In this document: piece after piece, positions 23,852 through 35,469 of the stretch
Layout of the letters: each line of letters starts with the position of its first letter
Position numbering within the stretch: position 1 is the first letter of the stretch
DNA from: Craspedostauros australis
Taxonomy: Eukaryota
Direction: 5' to 3'
Assembly (NCBI GenBank): GCA_030167865.1
Contig: JALAGF010004359.1
Location: forward strand, 1-64,000
DNA: 64,000 bases
The notes under the pieces: generated by a model
Seen by the model: the letters and a program-made list of their open reading frames with translations, nothing else
Told to the model about the DNA's origin: nothing
Databases searched by the model: none
Translations under genes and position numbers: made by a program

Positions 23852-24621
23852 ACGCCATGGCCAACTATCCGCCATCATTCTCCGCCACACAAGGTATTCG
23901 CATCATCAGCGGAGACCCCATGTGAGAGGACGCATCGCAATCTACAACTACAGGTCCTCCTGCTGCGCCATACTCCTCCCTCCTCTGCATGCGTGGAATG
24001 CGCGGGGGCATTCTCCACGTGTTGGGCATGGCCAGGAGAAGCAACTGACTGCAACAGCAAAAACAGTAGCAGCAGCAACAACAACAACATTACGAATCGA
24101 AACGACAAGTACAACAATCACAGGCGCTTGCGCTGTTCGCCCTTCCGCAAGAGGGACTGCAGCAACAACACACATAGAGCACACCACAACGACACCACTG
24201 ATATGATCATTATCAACATCGTCATCATCACAATCATGGTCGTCACCGCCACCGTCACCAGCCTCAATTGGCAGTGTGATGGAATCACTCACGGCGACCG
24301 TGACAAGAAGCAAGCATAATCGAACACAATTTTGATCGTCCACGATGGCAAACGCAAACGCGACCACAAACATATCGCTGGAACGAAGCATCAAATAGAA
24401 CGCTTTACTCTACAGTCCTATGGATACACCACTACAGACCACGGTATGGTGTAGAGTACACGAACGAGCAAACGCAACAATAGAACCTATTATAGTATCA
24501 TAGTATACCAATGTATTCCTACTAATATGAATCTCAACTACGAAGAGGCCAGCCTTTTTCACCGCTATTGATTGTGGTGGGGTCTTCTTCGAACCAGGCT
24601 GGTCCTTTGGGTGGGATGGTC

Positions 24622-24647
24622 TGCACTGCACTGCACTGCACTGCACT
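24622..24647. repeat. (TGCAC)n pentanucleotide repeat
   Basis: About five tandem units read directly. Confidence 0.85.
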
Positions 24648-24780
24648 GTACGGTGCGGTGCGATTGCTGCAAGTATTGGATGCGGATGATGTTGACTGCA
24701 TTCGGTCAGGACGGAGTAGCAAGCAGAGTACGTTGGGATACTGGGTCCACGCCGGCGTCATCAGTATCTGCATGCAGTTC

Positions 24781-24783
<3 letters not shown>

Positions 24784-24811
<28 letters not shown>
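24784..24811. repeat. (CT)14 microsatellite
   Basis: Read directly. Confidence 0.95.
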
Positions 24812-24815
<4 letters not shown>

Positions 24816-24988
24816 CTGTCTGTCTCTGAGGTACAGCGGTGCGGCACTGACGTGCACAAATTCAATGCGTTGGCCGCAGAAACAGCTTCATCCCCACTTC
24901 ATTCCTCCTTCTCCCCCATCACACGACCACACGGTCACACGACCACACGACCACACGGTCACACAGCTGTCCCGCTCATTCACCTCAA

Positions 24989-25504
24989 TCATTCGTCATC
25001 CACCGGGACCATATCCACGGTCAACCCTTCTTCCCGCAGCGTCTTGTAATACAGCTCCGCAATCTCAAAATCGTACCGCCCGATGACGCCCATCCCGTTC
25101 TTGTGAGCGTGCATCATGATCTGGAAGCTCTCCGTGTCGGACTTCCCGCACACCTCCGCCAGACACCGCGCGACGAATTCGCGCTTGTTGAATGGATCGT
25201 TCCATAGCCGGATCTCCCACATGGGCGTCTTGGCGCGGACCTCGTCCGTCGTCTTGTCTTCTTCGGTCGTCTTTTCGATAGTGGGGCTGTCCACCACGGA
25301 GGGTTCGGCCATGGCGAGCTGCGTGGTGGTTGGCAGCGGCGTCGCGAACGTGATGTGGGACGTCGGGAGCGGCGATCCGAACGAGGCAGATTGGGGAGGG
25401 GCCCTGACCGCTGGCGAGAATGCAGATGACGGGACGATCAGCAGGGCCGAAAGTCCGCACAGCATGGCCAGCATCAGCGTGAATTGCGTGTACAGCTTGC
25501 TCAT
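24989..25504 (-). CDS. clpS: Plastid-targeted ATP-dependent Clp protease adaptor ClpS
   Basis: Signal peptide ending SSA-FSP (ASAFAP-type), Ser/Thr/Pro transit peptide, core RLWNDPFNKREFVARCL...MMHAHKNGMGVIGRY..EIAELY. Confidence 0.92.
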   Translation of the reverse strand: MSKLYTQFTLMLAMLCGLSALLIVPSSAFSPAVRAPPQSASFGSPLPTSHITFATPLPTTTQLAMAEPSVVDSPTIEKTTEEDKTTDEVRAKTPMWEIRLWNDPFNKREFVARCLAEVCGKSDTESFQIMMHAHKNGMGVIGRYDFEIAELYYKTLREEGLTVDMVPVDDE

Positions 25505-26675
25505 CTCTCTTCTGCTCTTGTTTGTCTGATACGTAATGGTGTCGGTTGCGATGGAGGTTGCTTTGGATATCGTTGCTACTTTTGTGATTGTGATTGTAAG
25601 TGTGAACGTGAATGTGGCTATCGCTGAGGTTGCGAGAGGCTGCTATGCGACACGTTCACTCTGCTTTTGCTCCACGCTATTCCAACGCGCTGGTGTATGT
25701 AATTGATCCACGGCGATGTGATGAATGGTATTCTACTATTGTATGTCCTCCTTCCCGTAGACTATCGTGGAATGCAATGGAGCCGAGTGGTGGAAGGGAG
25801 ACGCTGACACTCTGTGGGTGATCTTGGTGGCAATTGACGTATCGTGTCTTGCAGCTTCGGAGACACTGCGATGGAGGCTTGAACTTGTGCTGCAGCGTGC
25901 TTTGCGGAGTATCAGGTTGGTTGTTTCGTTGCTGGGATGGTTGATTTGTTAGTTTGTTAGTTTGTTGGCTTGTTGGTTTGCGTTTCGGTGATGGAGATGC
26001 AGATGCAGATGTGTGCACCACCCACATCACCCATCTTGCACACATCTTGCACACATCGCGGCATCAATCCAACTCACCTCATGAGAATCGCCACGAAAGA
26101 TTGCGTTCGATTTCGATGCGACATCGATTTTGGTTGGATCTGCGCGAACTGTGTGACGTGAACTGTTCTGCGCTGGCGGAGAACATGAACAACACGGCAC
26201 ACACGCAAATGCATCAACGAGTCGTGTGATTTGCCTGTAGACTTTCTTTCCAGATTAGAAGTCGCTTCGTCTGAATGAAAGAACGCTACATGCAGCAGTA
26301 GAAGTGTGTATTGTTACGTAGAGTAATTCGTACGTACAACATCCAAGTTAAAGATATCACTCTGCTCCTTACTTCTGCAGACACATGATATTGCTCTTTT
26401 TACATATTATATACTGCTTTTCCCCACGCACACCACATCACGGCACGACTGTCGAAAATAAATGAACAAACAACGAGCAGAGTGCTCGTCCTGTTCCTGG
26501 TAGGAGTGTGCAGCGCTGCGATGCAGCGTGTACAAGTGTGTGCATATGAGATCACCATCCCATGCTGTCGTGGTCTCCCTCTCTTTTCTCTCTCGCACCA
26601 TCAAAGAGTACGCATCGTCCATATGGTCGAACGCTCTCTGTGCGCACTCTCTGCACACACTCTCTCTCTCTCCCC

Positions 26676-27371
26676 CTAAATTGTTGTCCAAACCGTACCA
26701 TCCGGGAAGACAAGATCTCCGAGCTCCCCCGTTTCTTTCTTGGACTTCTTCTCGCCGACCAGCTTCACCAACGCGCGCTTGGGACCACCTGCCGGAGCCA
26801 AGTTCAAGGTCAGAACCGACGTCTTCTTGTTCCAAATACCTTCGACGGTGAAAACGCGACTGTCAAGCCGATCCTGCCATTCTATCTCAACCTTGATTGC
26901 CGCGCTGGGATCCGGCTGCGATGGCGACAGGACAGGGTGCACAATGCGGTAGCCCATCTGATTCGTGCGCGCATCCCGGTAGAGCCCGAACAAGGATTCC
27001 TGTGGCACCTTGGACCACGCCGTGCCATCCAACAGCGTGATGGTGCGGTCTGCGCGACTGGCGACGGCTGCCCGCTCGCCGTCTGCCATCGCGATCGACG
27101 TTGTGTCCGATGCGGCATCGTACTTGATCTTCACGGAGGTGTTTGGCGCCGATTGCATCATGCCCGTCATGTCCACGGTGACAATTGCACCGCCGTCCTT
27201 GTAGTTTGGACGCACCACTGCGTACCCGCTTGGGTACCTGGCGTCATAGTAGTACCCAGCATACGTCTCGGGTTCTGGTTGCGGCTCCGCTGGTGACGGA
27301 ATCGGTTCGGCGCGCGATGACTTCTTCGATGCTTTGCGGTTGTTCCTCTTGTCGTTTTGTTGATGCGCACA
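26676..27371 (-). CDS. Uncharacterised protein with two tandem beta-rich repeats; main exon only, 5' exon unresolved
   Basis: Frame stays open upstream of the ORF call to a CGTAG at 27372-27376. Repeats YAGYYYDARYPSGYAVV...ITLLDGTAWSKV and LFGLYRDARTNQMGYRIV...APAGGPK...LVFPDGTVWTTI. Candidate micro-exon 27567..27581 (ATG..AGA|GTAGGT). Confidence 0.65.
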   Translation of the reverse strand, partial: CAHQQNDKRNNRKASKKSSRAEPIPSPAEPQPEPETYAGYYYDARYPSGYAVVRPNYKDGGAIVTVDMTGMMQSAPNTSVKIKYDAASDTTSIAMADGERAAVASRADRTITLLDGTAWSKVPQESLFGLYRDARTNQMGYRIVHPVLSPSQPDPSAAIKVEIEWQDRLDSRVFTVEGIWNKKTSVLTLNLAPAGGPKRALVKLVGEKKSKKETGELGDLVFPDGTVWTTI

Positions 27372-28432
27372 CTACGCGTCGTATGTATGAAGATGTCGAC
27401 GAGGCGAGTCCTCTCGTCTGCTGGTCCGTACGATTCACAACCGCATCCTCCACCTTCCACGACGTCCAGCCGACGCGCACATCTCTATCAAGGCTGATGG
27501 GCAGAGGAGAATGCTCCACTCTGACCTACCTCTTCGTTCCAGTACTCTCCCTACGTTGGTACCTACTCTGTGCCGAATCATGGAGAGAGCCAACCCAAGA
27601 GAAGAGATTAGTGGGAAGTACTTCTGCGGACTCGCATCTGGTCCATCGCCACTGATGTCGCCAACACAAACACGTCAGCCGACTGCTGTTGATGATGGGC
27701 TTCCCAGTTCTCTCTGGCTCCGTGCGCGGGTTCTGCTTTTTGGTGTTGTTCTCATTTTTGTCTGAGAATCTTGGTTCGCATGATGACGTCATGACATCAC
27801 ACATTGCGTGACTATTCGAATGAGTCTCCCGGACAATTGTCCGTTTACGAGATTCACTTGCTTCAGAAAATTAGACTTTGGCTTGTTGCTACTATTCTGT
27901 CTGGCTTGGGAGCGACGAAGATTAGGGTAGACCAGAGCGGAGTAGGTCGCACTCCACAAGTGCTCTGTCTTACAGAGCGAGTGATTGTGACGTGAGAAGA
28001 CTCTGGTGCATTGGCACCAGAGCAGTGCAGAATCCCTGGACACACGCACGCACGCAAACACGCTTACCTCCAAGGGAACATTGAGAGCTCTCTCGTGTTC
28101 CTTGGTTCACTTCACCCAAGAATGTTCCTAATGTTCTTGTTGCGACGTTCGACATTGAATCAGTGGTGCTCTTGTGCGACAAACAAGGAGCTCTTGCCGG
28201 ACAAATTGTTTTGTTTGCACCAAACTTGAGTTCACTTGAACACTCTCAAGCACGAAAAAGTCATACAGTTGAGAAACTCCTGAGTTAAAAATGGAACGTT
28301 TCGCTCCTTCGTGTCTTGTTCTGACACTGGCAGCGGGCTGGCATCCAAGCAACAGGAAGCTCGTATCGCCTCAGTCTTTGAGACAACATGGAGTGCTTCA
28401 CGCTACGCTGCTCTAATCTAACACAATGCCCG

Positions 28433-29554
28433 TCAGCAGTGCGTGCAACACATGGATTTGGCCACTCTTTGGTTGCTTTTTGCGATGAAAGCTGCCTGGA
28501 TGCTGTCAGTGGTCGGGATGTCGGTGCCCTCCACAGCATCGCGTATCCCTGACTGGTCCACCATCTCCCGAAGTGCGTCCTGCGTGACGACGGTCCCGCA
28601 GATTGGGCACGTCAGCGTGGGGACGTTTGGTGGGCGTGAGGTGCTGGACAAGCGCACCATTCTGTTGGCCGTGCGAGCAACAAGGCTGAACTTGTTCCGG
28701 GCCAGTAAAAGAGGATCCTGCTGCAACGCGGACGCCACGAAACACTCGAGGAGGCAATCGTAGTGATGCATGTGTCCGCACGGGAGTTGCGTGATGTAAT
28801 CCTCCATCTTGTACGGAAGGTCGCAGATCGAGCACGTCTCCTCCATCTTCAAAGGCATACGTTTCAGCTGCAGGACCATAAGGTTCATCGTGATGGGAGA
28901 GATTCTGTTGTTGACGGTCTCCAGGATCGTCTGTACGTGCATATCCTCTGCTGTTCGAATTGTCTGCGGATTCATCTGCCGGAGGCGGTATCGAGCGAGC
29001 CGTTCAGAGAGCCCCATCTGCTCGGCTTGGGGCGTGTGCTGATGCTGCTGTTGCGTCGGTCGGCCGATGGTAGCATTCGTCGAAGGAACGCGAGCATTGG
29101 ACGTGGGAGAGGTGCTCGATATCGTCGATGTTGCTGTTGCCGTGCTCGCCACAGAAGTTCTTGGCGCGGCGGTTGATGGTGTGCTCCTCGAACTACGGGC
29201 GAATGGTCTCCGGAGGCGGGAGAATGACCAGCTTCGTCTCTTCCTTGATGGGTCGGCGGCGTCGGTTGCCCCGCTGCTTGCCACTTGCGCATGCGACGCA
29301 GCCTGCGACGTCGTTGATTCCGGTCGCCAGGGCTGCTCTCTTCCGTGCGATGCAGATCTGGCGCACGACGATGGCGCGCATCTGCTTTCGTCGTTCATCT
29401 CGTGTGTTCTGGTGGTCGTCGTCGGACTGTGCGCCGATACAACACTGCGAGGTGAGCTTTGGCGTCTGCTCCCCGTTGACTGATGCTGTGTGGGTGATGA
29501 TGCTTGGGAACCACCAGCTCGGTTGGGAAAGAAGACCTTTTGGAACAAGCTCAT
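28433..29554 (-). CDS. RING-H2 zinc-finger protein (putative E3 ligase)
   Basis: CSIC...LPCGHMHHYDC...CPIC; Ser/Thr/Arg-rich N-terminus. Confidence 0.8.
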   Translation of the reverse strand: MSLFQKVFFPNRAGGSQASSPTQHQSTGSRRQSSPRSVVSAHSPTTTTRTHEMNDESRCAPSSCARSASHGREQPWRPESTTSQAASHAQVASSGATDAADPSRKRRSWSFSRLRRPFARSSRSTPSTAAPRTSVASTATATSTISSTSPTSNARVPSTNATIGRPTQQQHQHTPQAEQMGLSERLARYRLRQMNPQTIRTAEDMHVQTILETVNNRISPITMNLMVLQLKRMPLKMEETCSICDLPYKMEDYITQLPCGHMHHYDCLLECFVASALQQDPLLLARNKFSLVARTANRMVRLSSTSRPPNVPTLTCPICGTVVTQDALREMVDQSGIRDAVEGTDIPTTDSIQAAFIAKSNQRVAKSMCCTHC

Positions 29555-31128
29555 GTTGGTGGAGAGATTGGCAATGTGACTGCGAGCAATTTATGCGTGT
29601 GTGTGTGCTCGGCCCTTGGTGATTGCTCTGTGATGTGTGGCAATAGTCACCTCCTCCGCCACAGTATCCATGACAACTTTGGTTTTATGATTGATGTGCC
29701 ATTCTCTCGCTCCAGACATGCTCTGCCTCGTTTCTGCCAAACCATACTCGTGCTCACCCTCAATGCCGCTGACTGTTCGATGCGTCCGTGGCTCTTCCAA
29801 ACGAACAACATGAGTGGCGCAACAAACAGCAGCATTTGCAGCGGAACACCCGAAGAGTAACGTACTCTATGGCAGAGTGCCTCGTAATTATTCTTTTCAT
29901 GGCAGAATAGATGCTAATCGCGCATACGTAGGCCATTGATGGAGTTGTGGTGCGAGTTATGGTAAGAACTCCGCAGCATCGGGTGTCTTCGTATGGTACG
30001 TATGTTTGCAAGGGTAGACGCAGCAAGTTGAGACGACAGGGGCACGCTCTTGCTCCCATTCGTCGCCGTTGTCACCTGAAGGAATCAACTCCATAACATC
30101 ACCCAACACCAGGACAGAAGAGCCGGGAGAACGCGGATGGGCTGCAAGAATCGCTAACCAGGAATCGGTAGCCAGGAATGGTGGGCATTGTCCTCCTTGT
30201 ACGCGCGAACAACAAAGGTAAAGAGACATTCCTTCGAGGGTGACGGTGCGCGAAGTGCTGTGGTGCCGTGTTGCTGACATCTTGTCCCCCCACTTGTTCT
30301 TGGCGATGCGCACCTGTCCAATTGTTTCGGGCCGATCTCTCCCCATCCACAGCAACCTTTTGCAATTTCCTGCACAAGAGTTCCAGTCACAGTTTTGTCC
30401 ACCAAAGACCTGATCCAGGGCAAGACTGACTTCAACAGCCTCGCCTGGCAAGCGATAAATATAGTGTTCGTTGCTTTCCGAGATGTTCACAAGGCGATAA
30501 ACAACGACCTCTGGAGTATTGACTGGACACCGCTAGTTGCGTCCGCAAGTTTGGGTTTCTCTCGTCGAAGAGCGATCCGGCGTGTCCATGCGACGGCAAG
30601 CGGACGAAGGTTCCACTCGCAGCTCACATTTCTCGGGGTGTGTGGAAGGCACCGAGATTCGGGACGCTTTGCGCATGCTGCGACTTCGTCTCGGCCTGGA
30701 TTCGTATGGTATGCACCGACAGTGTCGCAACAACAAGAGAAACCAACATGTAGAGGAGAGTTGTTGTCTTCATGCGAGTTCACTACCGTCAGTTAAGATG
30801 CAAAGGCACTGAGAAATCCTCGCCACCAATTCCACCACCCGGCCGCTGCCAGTTTCAACACGACCTTCACTCCGAACATATCGCTGGTGCCAGCGGAGGA
30901 ATCTCTTGTGTGAGGATGGTACCCACAGCGCCACGCAAGATGCGATAGGCCATCGACTGTTCCGTGTTTGTTTGTGGCGTGCCTGGTGCTTCGAACTCTG
31001 CACCATGCTAGAATAGAATGCAATACGAGGTCCCTCTCCAAATGCTGCGACTTGCTGCAGCTCTCTGCAAGCCATTTGGGAGATCCCCATACCTGCGAAC
31101 GAGCTTGTGCTAAATAGTATAATATGCT

Positions 31129-33228
31129 CTAGAAGCCCATGGCGGCCTTGAAGTCGTCAAGTGCGTCGATCTCGTTATACAAAATCGGCGAAAGGGCCAC
31201 CCACTGCAGAATTAACGCCACCGTCGCGGCCACCGGGATGACGGCTGTGGAGATGATACGGAATCTTTCCCGCCCTCTGCGAACGAGAGATGTTTCGCTG
31301 TTGTGACTGTTGCTATTGCTGTCGCTGTCACCATCGTTGTCGTTGCTCGTGTTGCCCGCCTCCAAGCCGTGTTCCTCATGCAGCAGTCCGAATGTTGTTG
31401 AGTAGACCTGTATCGCATGGAATGAGAAAAAGAAGACGACTGGAATCAACGTGACGAGCGTGACCGTATCGTACGCGGAGAGGTCGATCTGGTGACCCGC
31501 TACGAAGTCAAGAATCTCATCGAGCGTCAAGCCGTCTTTCGTTGTAGCCGTGGTAGTCGCGATGGAACCATCGTTATCTGCCAATGCCGTCGCATTGGAT
31601 TCGGCATGGATTTGGAATCGATCTTCCTGCTCGTCCTCACACACGCGAATCATGTCATCGTCCGGCGTTTTGCCGTACATGCCGACGCAGATGAGAGTGG
31701 TGGCATTCGTGAAAAACCAAGCGAGCTCCAGCAGAAGCATCTGGAGGAGATGGTGAGGAAGTTTCTGATTGGAAGCGCTGGCTGTGCCGCGGGATGTGCG
31801 TTGGTAGCTGCCGCTCTGCTGTTGTTCTGGGTGCAGGAACGCTCCTAGACACAGATGTGAATGTATCGTTACGATTGCGGTCGCCGTGAAGCACGCGATG
31901 AGCGCTTTTGCACGCAGCTTTTGCAGATGGAGCCTCATCTGCTCCACCTCATGCCAGCACGATGGGATGGGCGTATCCACGACGTTGATTTGCTCGTCGC
32001 CATCATCACTATCGGCCGTATCCGCGGGATAGTATCTTCGATCGATATCAATCATGACGCCGAAGATGACGAACAGCAGCAGCGTGTACGCAGCGATCGT
32101 GAGGAAGACCAGGAGGAAGTGCAGGAAGAAGCCGCCGCTGCAACTGCACGGCGATTGTCCATTGGAACCTTGTCCGTCGTCCGCGTTCTTGCGCCGGCCA
32201 TTGCTGGACCCGTCGCTTCCATCGTGGCTCCCATTTTCGTTCGCTGGAACGAATGCGCCATCACCATGTTGCGACGCACCCTCCTCATCGATGTCCACTT
32301 GTTGGAACTGGTGGTGTTGCAGCATGGATAGCCGAATTTCTTGTTCGCCTGTCGAACGCAGAGAATGCGGGTTACTCGCCGGAGAATCGCTGTCATTCTC
32401 ACGCTGTGATGTCACAGATGGGTTCGCAGCTGATGCGCTGCCGCGAGATGGCGACGCGGGTTCGGCCGATTCCAGGTCGGATCTGGTCGTAGCGATGCCC
32501 GCTTCTGCGTGGCCACGTTCATCCCAGGGCTCTGGTGCGGAGTGCGCCATGGTATCAGGGACGGAGGCACCGTACTTGTCGATGCTTTGAGTCGCTCTCT
32601 CGTCGTCTTGAGAGCAGTTGTCGTCGATGGTGGAGGCGTAAGCCACCATTTCCGAAGCCCGAGCGGCATTCTCATGGTCGTGTTGCGCCGTCTGGTCCTG
32701 ATCCTGGCGTTGACGTACGGCAGCGTTTGTCCGTTGCATCATTTCGTCGTCAGCCATGATGAATGGAACAGCAACGACCTCGATGAGGGGAGTTGCCTCC
32801 ACGATGATCATGTCATCAGCGACCGTGATTGGTATTGCGGCTGCCTGCTCGTCGTGAAGTTGACCGACGGAGCAGCTGGCTGCGTTGGTCTGATCTGCGA
32901 CGATGTTCTCATTTTCATCTGTCTCAAGGTCCGCGCTCTTTTCGCCGGCTTGATCGGCTTCGTCGGCCTCCCTGCGGTCGGATCCAGCGGTCTGTTCCTC
33001 CTCCTCTTCCTCAATGCCATCGTCGTCGCCATTGTCATCAATCGTAGCTTCCACGTTGCTTTGGATTTCGTCATGATTCTCATCGGCACAATCGATCGTT
33101 TCCTCTTCCGCGCTGCCGCTGTCTTCGCTGGCGTTGCCAACGGCATGATTGCCTCCGTTTCTCCCATCCTGCATTTCATCATCTGCGATGCTGCGGCCTC
33201 CTTCGTTCTCTGTCAAGGTGTCGGACAT
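31129..33228 (-). CDS. Hypothetical multi-pass membrane protein with long acidic N-terminus
   Basis: 699-aa ORF; about five hydrophobic segments in the C-half (FFLHFLLVFLTIAAYTLLLFVIFGV etc.). Confidence 0.75.
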   Translation of the reverse strand: MSDTLTENEGGRSIADDEMQDGRNGGNHAVGNASEDSGSAEEETIDCADENHDEIQSNVEATIDDNGDDDGIEEEEEEQTAGSDRREADEADQAGEKSADLETDENENIVADQTNAASCSVGQLHDEQAAAIPITVADDMIIVEATPLIEVVAVPFIMADDEMMQRTNAAVRQRQDQDQTAQHDHENAARASEMVAYASTIDDNCSQDDERATQSIDKYGASVPDTMAHSAPEPWDERGHAEAGIATTRSDLESAEPASPSRGSASAANPSVTSQRENDSDSPASNPHSLRSTGEQEIRLSMLQHHQFQQVDIDEEGASQHGDGAFVPANENGSHDGSDGSSNGRRKNADDGQGSNGQSPCSCSGGFFLHFLLVFLTIAAYTLLLFVIFGVMIDIDRRYYPADTADSDDGDEQINVVDTPIPSCWHEVEQMRLHLQKLRAKALIACFTATAIVTIHSHLCLGAFLHPEQQQSGSYQRTSRGTASASNQKLPHHLLQMLLLELAWFFTNATTLICVGMYGKTPDDDMIRVCEDEQEDRFQIHAESNATALADNDGSIATTTATTKDGLTLDEILDFVAGHQIDLSAYDTVTLVTLIPVVFFFSFHAIQVYSTTFGLLHEEHGLEAGNTSNDNDGDSDSNSNSHNSETSLVRRGRERFRIISTAVIPVAATVALILQWVALSPILYNEIDALDDFKAAMGF

Positions 33229-34851
33229 GGCTTGATGTGGCAGCTGGAGTTGCAGTTGGAGTGCGGAGCAAAGGCTGCCTGCTTTCGTTCGTTCCTTCGT
33301 TCGTTCGTGACGTTGTCTGTTCTGCTGTTACTGTTGCTTCTGTCAGTCTCTCAACTTGCCTCCACAAGTATCGCGTGTGTGCGAGGACGAGTGGCTGGTA
33401 ATGGAGAGTCGTCGACCAGAGGAGAGGCGAATCGGAGAACGCTCTGGCCAACGAATTCCCTCTATCGCTTTGCTGCGGAGACGCCTCCTTGTGCTATCTC
33501 CTCCTTTCTTCCCTTCCCTTCGCTTGACTTCACTTCCTGGTCGCTTCCGCGCACAAAGGTGATCGTCGATTCGCGGGCTCTGGCACAAATCTTTCCTCTC
33601 ATGTGATGTGACCTAACAGTTGGTACCACATTGAGGCTTCTTGGGTGTTCCCAAAATGTGAACACGACTCCGCGAACGCCACCAAACTACCACAATGCAA
33701 TCTAGAGAGTGAGAGACAGCAGATCACCACACCAATCTCTCCAGCGTTGACACTGCAAAGTGTGGCACCATAACTTCTCCAAGCAATGCTACAAATGTGA
33801 CGATCACCAATGCTCTACATTCGAGTGCTCCTAGTGATTGTGCGGTTGGTGTGATGGTAACCAACGCGATCGACACGTCGGACATACTCGTACACTGTGC
33901 CATGGCGTTTGCTGCGGATCACTTGCGGTGCTCGACTATTTTTGAGGCTTCTCTCGAAGTCTTGCATCAGAAGGGAAGGTTCGCACTCTGGAGAGCACTC
34001 CACTATTTGTGCTGTTGAAAGTTGAAATGAGGGTGGCGTACGTAGCATCAATGTGTCCAACGCATTCTGCGATGTGAGCATTCTCATTTCAGCTTCAGTC
34101 CGACCGACTATTCCATGTGCAGACCATCGACGTAGTTCTAATGTTCTGACGTTCTGATATCTCTACACCTGCATGCGCACGAACTTATGGTACGTACGTA
34201 TGTAAGCATCAGAGGCGACTGCCAGGAGAAGTTGCGAAGCAGCATTCGTTGCAGACAGTCGCATGAAGTAGATCTGTTCCACGAATTCGAACAGACGAAG
34301 TGTTCCAGTGGAACTTCAGCACCGGTAGAGGAGTCACACAGATGTCTTGCGTTGAGGGGATGTGCCTGGTCGAGATGTCGCTCAACCATTCGATGCATGC
34401 ATGCGTGTTCGTGTGTGTTGGGGGATTTTTGAAACATTGCAGCCCAAGTGAACATGGGATGCTGCCGCCGGAGATTCCGAAGCGTCACTCCCGACAACAC
34501 TGTTCCGTTCTTGCTTCGTCTCCCTCCTGGCTCTTGTTCGCAGTGGCAGCGTTTGGACGTACAGTAGAGTTCCCTCCCATGAGGATTCGCAGCAGCACTC
34601 CTCTCCTGAAGTGCGTCAGTCCCAAGCAATGCACCCCCTTCAATCACCTTGGAATCGATCGAGTGATCTGCCCTGCGTGCTCCACCAATCCTGGCGAAAA
34701 GAACTAGAGAGGCGGATCTGGCGGTGCTTGTCCTCGTTAGTCCCTCTCTCATGAAGCTTGCATCGCCATGGGTGAAACCGCGCATCAATAAAGAGGCGCA
34801 ATCGTGTCGTCGCCAAGGCGAGCGAATACTCGTGCGTAGGAAACGAGTGAG

Positions 34852-35469
34852 CTACCTGACATTCCTCTGTTGAACTTGATGCCTGGGCACAAGCGTCAAG
34901 GTCGGGTTGAGCCTGCGGTAGGTCGGGTCCCAGGGCGCCGGTTGCTCCCACCTGCCCGTCGTGGGGTTCTTCCATGCCTGCACCATGTTGGCCGTCCCGC
35001 CGTGGAACTGGTTCTTCTTGTGCTCCGCGGTCGATCCATTGCCGATGCCCAGATACGAACCGACCATCACCAACGTACTGAAACCGACGGCTCCCAGGAA
35101 CATGTACCGTGGATTCAGGACGGTCTCCATGGCCGAGTGAAAGCCCGTCCGCGCGGGACGTCGCACGCGACCATCGAACGGTCGCTGGAACCCACCCGCG
35201 TCGGCACCGAAACCACCTGGTCGACGGTTGGGGTTGCTGCGCCACATGACCTCCTCCTGCAGCTGACGGTCATACTTGGCACGCAACGTCGGAGTGCACA
35301 GCGCGGAGTGCGCCTCCGAGACGCGCTTGAATCTTTCGACGCTGCCGTCGCCCTCCTTCGAGGTGTCGGGATGCGTGGCCAATGACAGCTTTCGGAAGGC
35401 GGTCTTGATCTCATCTTGCGTTGCTGTCTTCAACACCCCCAGCGTCTCGTAATGCGTCTTCCCTGCCAT
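34852..35469 (-). CDS. J-domain (DnaJ/Hsp40 type III) protein with TM segment
   Basis: THYETLGV...IKTAFRKLSLATHPD...FKRVSEAHSAL...RAKYD; hydrophobic YMFLGAVGFSTLVMVGSYLGI. Confidence 0.9.
   Translation of the reverse strand: MAGKTHYETLGVLKTATQDEIKTAFRKLSLATHPDTSKEGDGSVERFKRVSEAHSALCTPTLRAKYDRQLQEEVMWRSNPNRRPGGFGADAGGFQRPFDGRVRRPARTGFHSAMETVLNPRYMFLGAVGFSTLVMVGSYLGIGNGSTAEHKKNQFHGGTANMVQAWKNPTTGRWEQPAPWDPTYRRLNPTLTLVPRHQVQQRNVR

Noticed and set aside
24921-24966. CACACGACCACACGGT-type tandem repeats as CRISPR-like array
   Set aside because: Short degenerate minisatellite without unique spacers, in a eukaryotic 3' region; no cas genes
29957-30490. 177-aa ORF as a gene
   Set aside because: Non-ATG start, no motif; a pseudogene fragment cannot be excluded but is unsupported
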